40,172 nucleotides of DNA from Phoronis australis (Eukaryota > Animalia > Phoronida), in assembly GCA_002633005.1 (NCBI GenBank), contig NMRA01000162.1, positions 661,710 through 701,881 of the forward strand, given 5' to 3'. Of this stretch, positions 1 to 11,692 are shown one piece after another. Position 1 is the stretch's first letter. Every line of letters begins with the position of its first letter. Both the position numbers and the translations under genes were made by a program. The notes beneath the pieces were generated by a model. That model was not told where the DNA came from. It saw only the letters and a program-made list of their open reading frames with translations, and made no database searches.

Positions 1-431
1 TTCCTTTTAGCCTGAAAATCATGTACTAAAACATAAAATTTTCTCAATCAGCATCGTGGCATGAAGAGTGTTGGATCTTGTCTTAACTTTATGGCATTTC
101 GAAGCCGTGGCAATGCTATATATCAAAATTGATGGTTTTCCAGGTTTTAGTTGTGAACTTACATTTTGATTAATTGACGACACCTTTTGTTTTGAGTGCT
201 GCTTGCACACAATGAGGGTAGCATGCATATGTGAGTGGCCATCTTTCCAAGCTATTTTGAATGGTGAAAAAAATACTAAGGGGAAAGGCTATTTATGGAA
301 AATATAATTCTTGTGTTTACGGATTAAGTTGCATATAATTGTAATATTTACAGGCAAATTTTTCAAGTGGAAACGAGGGGGACCAACCATCATTCTGGCT
401 GCCCACGCCTTTGCTAAATATCCATAAGTCG

Positions 432-590
432 AATCAGTTTCTCACTGCTGCATCTGATGGAAGAGTCAACCCTGTTAGAACCCAGCTTCTAACTGACATC
501 GATGAATTTGTCGAAAGGTCCTAGCGATATTACAAACAAAAAGCCAGCAAAGCATTTTATGTTACCAATGAAGGTATTGCTCTTGGTCAT
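432..590 (+). pseudogene. Sola3 transposase relic (N-terminal/central part)
   Basis: Manual translation NQFLTAASDGRVNPVRTQLLTDIDEFVERS*RYYKQKASKAFYVTNEGIALGH resembles the Sola3 'LN.FL...SP.R.QL...S.RT.RYY..KA...IAPG' segment; contains an in-frame stop. Confidence 0.55.
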
Positions 591-1180
591 ATTGATGTTC
601 TGAAGAATGTCTCTCACCTCAGCAGATTAAATATTTTCCCGTTTAGCAGTACTCAATCATTCTGGGAAACTCGCAAAATTTGATGCCTTTGGAATGAAAA
701 GAATCGCTGAGGAAGTCCGTAGATTTGAACTGTGACAAAATATAGCACATTTTATGTATATAAGACTCAGAGACATTTGAAATACAGCATGTCAAAAGTA
801 GTCAGACAAAATGCTATTTCCATTTCGTGACGTGTCATCTATGCTGACTAAAGGTGTCTCATTGTACACCTAATTTGCTCGCATTATGTAAATGTGACCA
901 TATTTGTTCTTTACTATTTACTTGTGTGTAATTTGCCTGTGTCCTATATCAGCCTCAATATTGTATTACTATTCTCTAAACTACTTTGGTTTTTGTTTAA
1001 TATTTGGCTATCTTATCGTTTTTCTACATAAGTACAGTATAACCTGCTCTGCTGCATCTCTATGTCTAACATAATAAACAATAATTTAAATCTACAGTAC
1101 ATGTATTAGTCTCCAGACTTCTGAATTTTTGGAGTCTGACTGTTGGTAAGCACCAAACACCATTGCATACCCATACTAAA

Positions 1181-1479
1181 CTCGGGCGGATCCAGGATTT
1201 TGAGTTGGGGGGCAGGGCACAGAATTTCGCCACATCCGCGCGCCCACCCTAAAATGTAGGGATGCAGGGGTCTCGAATTTTTGGGTTTGTGGACCTTATT
1301 ACTAAAAACATCCGGTAAACGGGGTTTGTTCAAGGCCAATGCATTGTGCATTCGCCCACGGAGCCCCCTGGGTGCGCGCATATGCTAGTCAGCAATTAGC
1401 ACCCCGAACTGACAAATGGTATCTGGGAGAATTTTAGGGGGGCATGGTCCCCTTGGCCCCCTCCTGGAATCCGCCATTG
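1181..1479. mobile_element. GC-rich MITE (hAT-like termini)
   Basis: Left end CTCGGGCGGATCCAGGA; right end reverse complement CAATGGCGGATTCCAGGA. GC-rich island in AT-rich DNA. No clean TSD, so it may be two merged MITEs. Confidence 0.5.
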
Positions 1480-2867
1480 AAACTGTGATAGATGCAAAAA
1501 ACATCTGAATTCATTTTTCTGCTGTCTTGCGTGTGAAATACTAGGTTTCCTGTGTTTTTTATGAAAATGTCTACAAACCTTCCGTAAATACATCATTCTG
1601 TGAGTTGTCGGTGAAAACTAAAAAAACATTGGTATCCATAATGCGAGAATATTCAGACATCCATATGCACATCTGGGCGTGTGCTGTTCGGGGACTTTCC
1701 CGAATGAGAAGCGTAAGAAAAGTTATTCAACAACGCCAATTTCACCGGTAGTCGACTATCCTTATAAGATCAGTTTTTCTAACTTCATTTCACAGCAGCT
1801 AACCAATACCATTTCAATAAATCTCTTTTTTATGACTAACTACTTTGCTGTCTGATTTGTTCGGGTTTGGTGATATACACTGTAAGGAGATGCAGTTGTC
1901 TCCTAACGGCCCAATACACCTATTACTGTTTTTTTTTTATAAAATTCGTTGAATTGAGATGCGTCGGGACACGATCAACCGACTTCGAGAACATTAGAAA
2001 ACTAAATTTCAATAAGACCCACACATTAAAATTTCAGAATTCGAGTTCCCAGTTATGTATAACTGAAGACTTACTTTAGAGATTTTTTACTCAACCATAA
2101 TGCATTTTGAAACGGTGAGTATATGCACGTCATGCTATTGACAGCGTTATCGTCAGGATCAAAAGAAACCAACGTGTCTTGTTGTGCTTCTCATTATTTT
2201 CTGTAAAGTAACAAAATTAAACCTCTCTTGTTATGTTCGATCGCCTATTTTAAGATTTCAAAACTGTATTTTGAATCCTCGCATACATTTGTTACTATGC
2301 AGACATTGGCCAGTTGCATAATTTTGGAGAGGTGCCCTACTTCTAGAGCCCGAAGCGGTATGAAGAAGGGTAATTGCCTAGACTTTTTATGGTTTTATTT
2401 TGTAGAGCTAAGATCAATCTAAACACTGGTTGTTGTTTTGTTGTTTTAAATTTTGCTTCAGCTGAGATATTGAGGCAGGAAGTAGGGCAATTTTCAACAT
2501 TTTGGAATCACCATAAACTAGCTAAACTGGTAGCCTTCAAAAACGGTTAAGATGTAACTAAAACCTTGACATTTTCTATGACTGGCAAGTTGAAAGACAC
2601 CCCAATTCAGTGGTAATCTTGAAGTGTTTCATTTTGCACTATTGTTCTCAAGGTAAGTTCGCAAAAGTGCCAAAATGTAGCTGTAACGAGGCTTGGAATT
2701 GGCAGAAAAACAACACGTTCCCATAGCAACCACAAGGTGGCGCACGCAAAAAAAAATAATGTTGGTATGAAGGTTGGGGCATCAACCCCTACCATCATGC
2801 AAACAATCGAGGAAATCCGTGACATAGCCTTTATCACTTTTTGCCTGGTCCATTCGTGGACGTGCTC

Positions 2868-2916
2868 TTAAGTGTTTGGCGGGAAAACCTACACTTAGGT
2901 TTTTGGGAAAACTTAA
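2868..2916. repeat. Remnant of the AAAACTTAAGTTTT array between two transposon ends
   Basis: TTAAGTGTTTGGCGGGAAAACCTACACTTAGGTTTTTGGGAAAACTTAA aligns with ~34713-34758 (TTAAGTTTTTGGCGAAAAAACTTAAGTTTTAGAGGAAAAACTTAAG). Confidence 0.6.
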
Positions 2917-5900
2917 GGGCTTGTCTACGAGATCACCAGCCATCCAACGGCAAGGTGGGGGTCAGCCGATTTTCGCTAAATTTAACACAACGGTAGTCCT
3001 ATGGGATTTACAAAAAGTGGTAAAATATTTCCTTAATATATAACGTGCTACAAAAGTTACAAGGTCAAACACATTTTACAGCTCCGCAGCCATGTTTTCA
3101 CGCTGTAAAAACTGTCCAGGTTTAATTGAATGTATTTTTCCTTGAATGAATGATATCGAACTATTATTCACTTGGAGTTGTTAAGTGGTGCCTGTAGATT
3201 GTAACACAGATGTCTTGAAAAAAGATTCCGATTTACCACCCTCATTTAGTTCTTTTACTGCACTGCCCCCCGTTATGCCATTTTGCCAAATCTGCCCCCA
3301 CTGATATAAAAATGAAACTTAATCAAATTGTTGACAAAACATGTTACTTTTATTGCATAAAATAAACAAATGTCAGCCTGATTACATGTTATACTTTTTG
3401 GCACCTCAAATGTACTAAAATTAAAAAAATCGTTGTTTGAGCACGTAAAATCATATTGTCCTTATGTTGTCCAATGTTTTGCAACGAATTTTTTCCCTGA
3501 ATGTTTTGAAAGATTTACTGCTTACCACCTAGGAATTTAGTACTCCTAGATACCATACATTTTCCCATTTTATAAAGACGATTATGTCATTTCCAGTCCA
3601 CAGGGTTAGACCTGAACTCGACAAATGTTGCTTATTTTGATTTACAGTCATTATGCTTTGCAATTTCCTCATGGGTATTTCTTCACACCTATTCATGTCA
3701 GATTTTCCGTTGAACAAATGTTCATGCAATGCATTGTTTTGTCAAATGAATGATAAGTTTAGTGGCATGACCACAATTTTTCATCCGACTTAAAATACAG
3801 GCTTTGCAGTTCTCTAAAAGCATTCGAATAACAAGACAAACTCCTACACTGCCCATGGCAACTAGTCGCATGTATGTAGCCCGTCTGTCGTATCATTGTT
3901 TTCCTTTGTTGTGTCATTGTTGGATGTAGCTACAGTTTGCATGGGTATACATGTAGATCCTTGGGCGTACATCATACCGTTGCCGATAAATGTTCGTCAT
4001 TATCTTTACTATAACAACGGGAACAATGACGATGCTAATCTGTGCGACCAGGTTTCCCGAGGACGACCAAAGAAGGGAAATCCCACAGGATCCACAAAAA
4101 CTTGTCATACACCTCAGTAATTTTTACCGCGCCCAAAAATCCTTTCCGTGGAACCTAAACACCAATGTTTTATGTCCATGTATTCTGTGGTACTTCTCAT
4201 GGTACGGGTTCACATGCCGCTATATAAAGATATCAATCCCCAAACCTGTAATATGTACATGTGGTTTGAGTAAAATTTCTAGACAATGACATTTATGGAT
4301 TTATTCTCTTTTAAACGATAAGAAAACTTCAAATTCTGCAATGGTTTTTCAAAAGTAATTACACATATAAAAAGTAAAACCATGTTTGACAATTTTATTT
4401 CTTATCTCGTTTTAATGTGTTCTACCTTACAGACAACACATTAATGTTGAAAATATTCCTTGTGAAAAGCTATAAAACACCAACCAGAGACCCGTATACT
4501 ACAAACTATGTTTTCATATGACAATGCCAAGATAACTGTACAGCCAAAAGTGGAAATGTTATGACTCTAATAAAAATTGCTGTCTACATGTACATCTTTT
4601 CAACACTACATCAGCTACAGGACACAGTCAACCACATCAAACCAATAAAGTCAAGGAATTGCATTTAAGGTGATGTAGTCTCACGCAAAAAAGGATTTCG
4701 CAATGTCGTTAGCAACAACGTAAATTTCTTCTTCTTCACAAACTTGAGGTAGCTGTAGGTACCACATCAATGCTCTTATCAAAAATAACCACAACAAAAT
4801 GAAAAATTGGCTTATCGGTTCCAATTTGACAGCATTGATTTTCTTGCAATGAAATGGTCATGTATAAAATACTTTTGGATGATGGTATGCATTACAAGTG
4901 CCGAGCACTTACAGTTGTACATACATACTAGACCAGTTACAAAATTACTCATACCAAGCATAAAATGGTCAATTCACCAAAAACCAAAGTGTCAGCAAAC
5001 CTAATGTGCCAACACTTTTCGGTATTGCATGAAAAAACATTTGAAGTGGACAAAAAACCTGCCTACTATAATATAAAACAACTTTTCATTGAGACAACTT
5101 ACCGTCATGAAATAGGCATTATTTCCATGTAACTTTTGAGCCATTTTAGAATTTCGGAAGAACTGGCAATGTGCGTTTGCTAGAGTCCAGGCTCAAAAAG
5201 GTGGCTTGTCTAGTAGTATCATTTTACATGTATGCACACAACATGTTGTCGAGGAATAGCAAACTGTAAATTCGCAGTAACTCTAAAAATCACTTCCCAT
5301 CTGTATAAGGAGCAAATTGAGAAATGTTTATAGAAGTAAATGGTATGAATCAAAACTTCAACTCCTGGACTTAATGTGGGTTTACAACCCCGGCTGAATG
5401 ATAAGTGAACAAAACCAGCCTAACAGCAGCAGTGGCTAAAATGTGAGTAACAAATACTCATCTATAAACAAAAAATCTATAATGGGAAATAAAATGTGGA
5501 AACATAAATCCAGATCAACAAGGAAAATAAACAGTACAGTGGTCAGAAAACCTACCAGACAAAAATCTAGTGGCAAAACAAAAAGAATAAGGTACCCATT
5601 ACCATGTGGCTGTACCAACACAATCCAATGATCCAGGATCATGATCGATGGCTGGACAAAAAATCAATAGACGTAAATTGAGATTTGTCCTGTTCACACA
5701 GCAGTGCTGGTTCAAACAAAGCTTGTAACAATACACAAGTTTATTTCCCTACACAGCTTTGCTGAAAAATAATACCACCACTGGATTTTGCAGATCCGCC
5801 AGAGTATTTACCGGTCCAGCCACTGTACTGTTTCCTCTTTTTGAATTTTGCTATGCTACACCCTTGACAATCATAAAGCCTAGACTGTCTCTTTCCAATG

Positions 5901-8430
5901 CATACTCCACTTCCTTCGTCAAATCATCTTCATCCAACTGTCCCAGTTTCCCCACACTTGCTGAGAGTGGCCTACCGCAAAAAATTACTTTGGACCTGTT
6001 GTTGTATAAGCCAGTAATCTTTGGCAAATACTTTTTTCCCGACTCGTTCCTCACATCTTCTGAGAGTAGACTTCTCGGATTCGCGTTAGCCCCCTCACTT
6101 AGTTGTCCAGAAAGGTACATTCTTGCTGGTTTTGAAGTTTTGCATACGTAACCTTTACTAATAATCAGCAGGTTTCCAACTTTAGCAGAAGCTACTTCTT
6201 CAGCATAAGCCTTTCCCGATTCCTTAAAGTGTATTAAAGAAAGCACTGAACATATTAAATTTAATGTGGCCATTTCGGCTCAGGAGATATGAATACCAAG
6301 CTAAAATGAAGGCATCACAAATAGTCATTCAGATATGACTATAAAAATTACCAAATTAATTTCTTGTAGCTGAGAGTAGGACAATGGTATAAAACAGAAG
6401 AAAAATTTGAGAAAATATTGAGTTCGATTTAAATTGTCCGTGCTACCTATGTGTCAACGTCCATTGTTAAATGCAGGAGTTGTGCATTGCATTTCTCTTC
6501 ATAACATTGGAACATAAAACAATTGACCAATTTTAGGCAATTATGAAATTTGTTAGATTTTTACAAGTACTTACTGTTAGTGTAGTATTCATGGGCTCCG
6601 AATGCAACTCGTTTTCTTTTGACCCACTCTGAAATTGTAATAAGTCAGCCTGTTTTGTCTGGCAGCTTCTGCATACTCCTGAAAATCCGTAGTTATATTC
6701 AGTCAGTTGTATTGGAAATATCTTTTGTCGCGTGTTCACAGTCATAGGCTATAGGGATCAGCAAATAAAAACAACAGAGCCTTAATAGAGGTGGTTACTC
6801 TAAAGTGCTTGAGTAGCAGCCCCTGTATAATATGTATTTGTTATGCAATTTCTAAAATCTACAATGCAACCGTACAAATCTCCCCACCCTAGTTCACCAA
6901 CATCGTTGTTTTTCATATAACAGAACAGTAGAAGACAGCTGATATGACCCCAAAAGTTAAGCAATTCCATTCTGCACTACACATGAGCCCACTTTCACGA
7001 TGAACACACAAAGTTTTCCATTTCAACATAACAGATTTCCAAATAAACTGTGTAACTGTGTTTTTAAGCCATTGCATATATGTACATAGCATGCACTATC
7101 TTTCGTGCACAAATATGGCAACCATAGATTCTAGATCCCCGATAAATTTTGTGGAACTCCACAGCAGTCACTCGTTATTTTTAGTAGTTGACCCTAAAAT
7201 GCAGAAATACACCGCTTTTTGGCAATCATTTGAGGTAGATAGGAATTTTGAACTCTACTGCAAAATCAGCATGCATGAAACAACACCGGAATCCTTTTAC
7301 GTGGTTAACAGATCGATTGAAAAGTTTTGATAACTAACTATTTTTTGTCACTGTAAACATTCACTGCATAGATTTCAAGACAATTGAAATAAGATATGAT
7401 TAAGCAACAAGGCCAAGTTATAAGCAATTATGGTGCTTCAATAAAAGTATTTTGCATTAATGATGTGCACCTAAAAATATTCCTCACTGTCTGGCCCTGG
7501 AGTTTGGTGATTCCTACCTGAGCTCGCATGAAGCACGACTTTGAACCTTGAGTTTACATCTTTGGTCATTTCTCAGACATCTGTCGGATTTCCTCTCTTG
7601 TGTTCAGTCGATGTACTCAGGGTCTTTAGCAACGTTGAGGGTTGTAACGATGATTCGGGCAAGTGAATCTTCTACGGTAGATAATCTAGCTCCTGCTGCA
7701 CCAAGGCAGACAGACTACTTCTCAGGACACGTTCCACCTCCTTCACGACCCCTCTCGTTTAAGGTTCTCAAATGTATTGCTACATGTATATTCCTTGTGC
7801 ATTTCCCAAGTGTTTTCAAAGTTGTTTATCTCGGCAATTTGTAAAATTACCACATTTGGCAGTGCCAGATAAATCGATAAATTCGAAAAACGTGCCTATC
7901 TGATCATCCATCATTTAATTGACGCATATAGTATGCTTTAGTTTGGCATTCAATGAGTTGGATGAACAAATCTAGAATAATTTCAATGGGAACTGTTTGC
8001 ATCCTTATAATTAATTAAAAACATTTAAGCAAACCAATTTTTTAATTGCTGTGTTATAGCACGATGCACAACTAGTTACTTGTTAAACACGACAAGGACA
8101 CATATGTGCGGTCTGAAAATAGTGAAATTCGGATACCTATTACCAAGCCTGCCTGAAAGGCTGACAGGGTTTTTGTTTTAACTTCAAGGGAATGGAGTCT
8201 TCTACGTATTATTTTCAGTTTTCTTGTGGGTGGAGTTTTGCTATAAAGGTATAACTTACCGCTGGTTTTTAACAAGCACATAAACTACTTCCACGCAAAC
8301 AGTTCCAGTGAACCACGGTGACCGATATTTTAGTGCTAATGCCGTTTTGTACTTAAACTGGTCATGAACCTATCATGTGATATCAAACTTATTCAGAAAA
8401 GGTTCTGCAGTAGAGAATGTAGTCAAAAAT
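2917..8430 (-). mobile_element. Family A DNA transposon copy 1 (Sola2-like), right end truncated
   Basis: Starts TTAA|GGGCTTGTCTACGAGATCACCAGCCATCCAACGGCAAGGTGGGGGTCAGCCG. It is colinear in inverted orientation with ~30215-34457 (roughly 75-80% identity by eye). Similarity stops at ~8430. Confidence 0.8.
3450..6273 (-). pseudogene. Highly decayed DDE transposase, Sola2-like
   Basis: Ordered relics using both copies: VEYALERD...KRGKQ (5851-6273 ORF and beyond); WCLGS/HGKDSC with a frameshift (cf. 'FFGS.HGK.PCD'); ELKTRYFVRKISAVFCFTCKSWENCGH (copy 2); GNDIIVFIKWENVWYLGV (cf. C-terminal 'GD.VAV.Y...WY.G.V'). Confidence 0.45.
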
Positions 8431-8588
8431 AAAAGAAAAGTTTTTCATATAACTTAAGTTCTTCACTTGAGATTTTTAAAAATTAAGTTTGTGGCAAAAA
8501 TCAAAACAAAATACTTGAGTTCTTGCCAGTTAAGCTTTTCAGACCAAAAACTAGAGTTTTTCAGTGAAAACAGTTCATTTTGCAAGGG
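8431..8588 (-). mobile_element. Decayed right terminus of the CCC-ended array (foldback/CMC-like) family
   Basis: Reverse complement CCCTTGCAAAATGAACTGTTTTCACTGAAAAACTCTAGTTTTTGG aligns with 34676 CCCTAACAAAAAGGAACTTAAGTTTTTCGCTGAAAACTTAAGTTTTTGG. Confidence 0.6.
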
Positions 8589-9066
8589 CGCTCTCATGAC
8601 AATTGTATGCTGCACTTGCCCCTTCCAAAGAAACAGATCGAGTTTGTTATCTGAAAATGTTACTGGCAGTCATCCAGTCGGTGGAACGAGTTTCTAGTAA
8701 GTTGCCATGTCGCTATAGAAGTTTTTCTTCCACATACAAATTTAAAAGTCAAGATTCTACCTGAAAACTCTGATTGATGTTTACAGTATGAAATGATGCT
8801 GGAGTTAAAACTCACACTTACAACACAGCGCAAAAACTTCTCACTACGCACAAAACAAGCTTACCACGAAAAAATCCCACCACTGAATCAAAGTACATAC
8901 ACATCGTATCACCTACGAAGACTTTTGCGTACTGTGGCGAGGGTGTGCTGATACGCCGTAAATTGCTTGACTTTCTAAAATGCGTTCTGAGGTGGTGGCG
9001 TGTTACAACTAATATTAAAATCTCTCGGTCTATTGACACCGACCTCTTGTCTCTTTACGCTGTCAC

Positions 9067-9102
9067 GACGTTTCGGTCGGTCTATTTTCCGGCCATCGTC
9101 AG
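9067..9102 (-). ncRNA. Minimal type I hammerhead ribozyme core (Penelope-type)
   Basis: CUGACGA-U-GGCCGG-AAAAUAGA-CCGACC-GAAA-C-GUC: intact core boxes, 6-bp stem II with one mismatch, palindromic ACGU mini stem III. Stem I pairing is poor. Confidence 0.6.
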
Positions 9103-9166
9103 GAGTTTCCCCGTTCTTAGAAGAACGAGCTAGGGTATATAGTGCACGCATGGTGTGACTTTTTGT

Positions 9167-9246
9167 CCAAGGCAGGATTTGAACCCACGACTTTTGAAAC
9201 TACAGATAATTCGTGTCCAGCACCTTAACCACCTCACCACGGAGTC
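9167..9246 (-). promoter_or_regulatory. tRNA-derived Pol III internal promoter (SINE head), not a functional tRNA
   Basis: A-box-like TGGTGAGGTGG followed by TTAAGG (9239-9223); B-box GGTTCAAATCC (9185-9175). No good acceptor or anticodon stem. Confidence 0.7.
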
Positions 9247-10284
9247 GTCCGTGGCAGTGTAAATAGACAAGAGATCGGTTTAAATAGACTGAGATTTAAA
9301 ATTAGTTGTCCTATAATTGCAATAAAACGTAACACTTTAAGTTGCTAGACTTCTCCTAACATTTAACAAGTTGTTACGTTTCATGTTACAATTTACGTCA
9401 AACCCACATGAAAGAAATATATCATTGTCACAATCTTTTGTTGGCGCTCACAGTTCACATACAATTGTGTGTCTTGCATTACAATAAAAACACTTCCCTT
9501 GGTAACCTGTAAGCATATCAGAAACAAAGACATCGTAATTTCGCTAATATTTATCGCATTACTTCTGGAACAAACGACATTTTTTTACAGATACTTCAAT
9601 TTTGCAACCCCCTTGTTAGCTAAAACACCCGTCTTAGTTCACGACAGGCACTGCTTTATTGTCTTGGAGTCATGGCTAATGCTCCACACAAAGGAGGCAA
9701 GGCCCAAGTTTCTGATGCCGACGGGTTTAATCTACCACCTAAGTGAGGAATGCCAATTTGTTAAATATATTGTGGTGGAAGGAAATAAAAGCACGCATTT
9801 ATTTGCTGGCAGGTTGAAAGATTTTGCCAGTGCAACAGCAAAAGAGAGGGGAGCCAATAGTTCAAAAACCTGGGGTATAGTAACGCGTTTTAAACAGCTA
9901 AAAATTGAAAGACATATCATATGATGTATAACCTTTCTGAGATAGTGGAGGTAACAAATTATCAAACCGTGACGTGTATAGACAAGTGTGTAAAATGGGA
10001 GGCTGAACGGGGGAATAGAAAATACTTTACCACTCTGAAAGGACATGATCTTTTAGGCCATACCGGGTTTAAGTTTTTAGATTAAAGGGGCAATTGTCCG
10101 AGAAAAGTTGACCGTCGGCCTTTCGGACTACAAATACTTGCACTTTCTCTTTCTATTATCTTTTAAGGTGAAATACCATTTAAAATTGCTACATGTATTT
10201 GGTCAATGTTCGTTAGTGCGAAGCACATATAAATATGTACAAAGATTGGACATTCTAGTACCAATGGACGTGAAGCCGGCCTCC

Positions 10285-10425
10285 CGTTCAGTAGCGCTAG
10301 GACCTCGCTAAAAAGCAAGACTTCGCCATATTACGTGAGATATTGCCGTGTATTTTAAATGAGAACACGTGACTTTGACTAGGTTTTATCTAGGTCCTAC
10401 CGTAGGTCCTAGCGTCTACTGAACG
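10285..10425. mobile_element. Small MITE
   Basis: TIRs CGTTCAGTAGCGCTAGGACCT (10285-10305) and AGGTCCTAGCGTCTACTGAACG (10404-10425), differing by a 1-nt indel. Confidence 0.65.
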
Positions 10426-10705
10426 CACTGCAGGTGTCTCACGAGGCGCCATTTTTGTATTGCAGTTCGCTGTAAACAACACGCGTGGTGGTAGGCAGAT
10501 AAGAGAATTTGGCATATTAACTCTTTTGCTACTTCGCATAAAAGCGCACATTAAACATCGCTAGCTTCGACGTTGGTCGTTTTTGTTCCTTGCTAACAAC
10601 CCACTTTCAACGAAACGTAGTTCAAATCACTTAGACAAATCATTGGCTAATTGGGTCCATTCTATATAAATTTGTTGCGCGTTTTGTATATCCGTTACCA
10701 GATTT

Positions 10706-10805
10706 TTTCATGACCTGGTGACCGCCGACTTAAAACAGTTTTTGAAGTTACGTCGTGGAACGAGCACCAGCTTATTGAAAAGGACTATCTTCAACGAGAG
10801 AGAAA
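10706..10805 (+). pseudogene. SAP-domain-like coding relic, probably TE-derived
   Basis: Translation DLVTADLKQFLKLRRGTSTSLLKRTIFNER resembles the SAP pattern 'TV.DLK.FL..RG....K..LI.R'. Confidence 0.35.
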
Positions 10806-11194
10806 GATATAACAAATTGGATTTCCTCGCGTTAAGTCGCCAGTAAAAGATTATAGTCTGGATTCAGTTATTCGTAGCAAACTAAATAATGATATATTCA
10901 TATCTACAACAATACTGTGATTGCCGATATATCAGAAGTAATCAAACTTTGAAATGGAGCACGTCTGTACAAGATTTTTAATCTCAAAAAATAGGAAACT
11001 TTGCATCCACAGCTGTCATGACGTTCATCACAATATTGCTAAGGTTTCATGTAGATGTAGGAACCCGTTTACGCATTCGCTGTCCATTATGGCAAGCCTA
11101 GTGAAAACATTGAACGATAGATGAGATGATTTTAAAATCTTTGAGGACCATGATGTATTAACACTTTGTATTATGTACACTGCACGGTCCTTGT

Positions 11195-11372
11195 GAAATA
11201 AATTAAAAAATAATAACAATAATAATATAAAAAAACAATAATAATACAAATAAAAATAACGATACCAATGACGGGTAAGAATAGTGAAACTAGTAATGGT
11301 AGTAATACCAATAAGAGTAGTAATGGTAGTAATCGCAGTGATAATGATCTAATAGTAATATAATGATAATGG
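11195..11372. repeat. Degenerate (AAT)n/(AGT)n microsatellite
   Basis: Runs of aataataac, agtaatggtagtaat and ataatgataat; these account for the Leu-rich ORFs on the minus strand. Confidence 0.85.
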
Positions 11373-11401
11373 GTAGCCATACTGTATTCATGCTGTGTCA
11401 G

Positions 11402-11692
11402 CCAGGGGGGCATTCGTGAAGAAGAGGTGTACATGTACGCAGAGTGCCACTCAAAAAGTGTTTTTTCAAAGCAAAAAAATAATCTTCAGTATGGTGCCAT
11501 TTTCGACACAATACTATTAAAAGTGGTGTCATATCTGAAAATCTTGGACAGACCTGTACAAAAATTTGAACGTTTTACACAAAATGAGTCTCTAAATGGG
11601 CCACTTTGTGTCCAAGCCCGCTATCTAAACGGGTAGCTATTATTTTGTTTCGGGCGACACCCATCGTCCAAAAATAATAGAGTTTCCCCAGG
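11402..11692. mobile_element. MITE with 9-bp TSD (MULE-like)
   Basis: Ends CCAGGGGGG ... TTCCCCAGG, flanked by CTGTGTCAG (11393-11401) and CCGTGTCAG (11693-11701). Confidence 0.65.

Larger units (their letters stand above)
350..2867 (+). mobile_element. Deleted Sola3-type DNA transposon, right part (left end not located)
   Basis: Ends ...GCCTGGTCCATTCGTGGACGTGCTC|TTAA (2867|2868-2871). The reverse complement GAGCACGTCCACGAATGGACCAGGCA matches the termini at 19999 and 38598. A transposase relic lies at 432-590. GAG termini with a TTAA target are characteristic of Sola3. Confidence 0.65.
9005..9309 (-). mobile_element. SINE/retrozyme-like element: tRNA head plus hammerhead core, enclosed by ~60-bp inverted arms
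   Basis: Arms 9005-9067 and 9250-9309 are reverse complements with a few mismatches. They enclose a tRNA-like region (9167-9246) and a hammerhead core (9067-9102), both on the minus strand. Confidence 0.7.

Noticed and set aside
9167-9246. Functional tRNA gene
   Set aside because: A/B boxes are present, but there is no coherent acceptor or anticodon stem and no T-run terminator on that strand.
11028-11434. Hydrophobic membrane-protein-like ORFs
   Set aside because: Translation of an AAT/AGT microsatellite.
11637-11680. Third hammerhead-like hairpin (GGACGA...CCCGAAAC on the minus strand)
   Set aside because: The core lacks CUGA and a cleavage triplet, and it is better explained as the subterminal part of the TSD-flanked MITE at 11402-11692.
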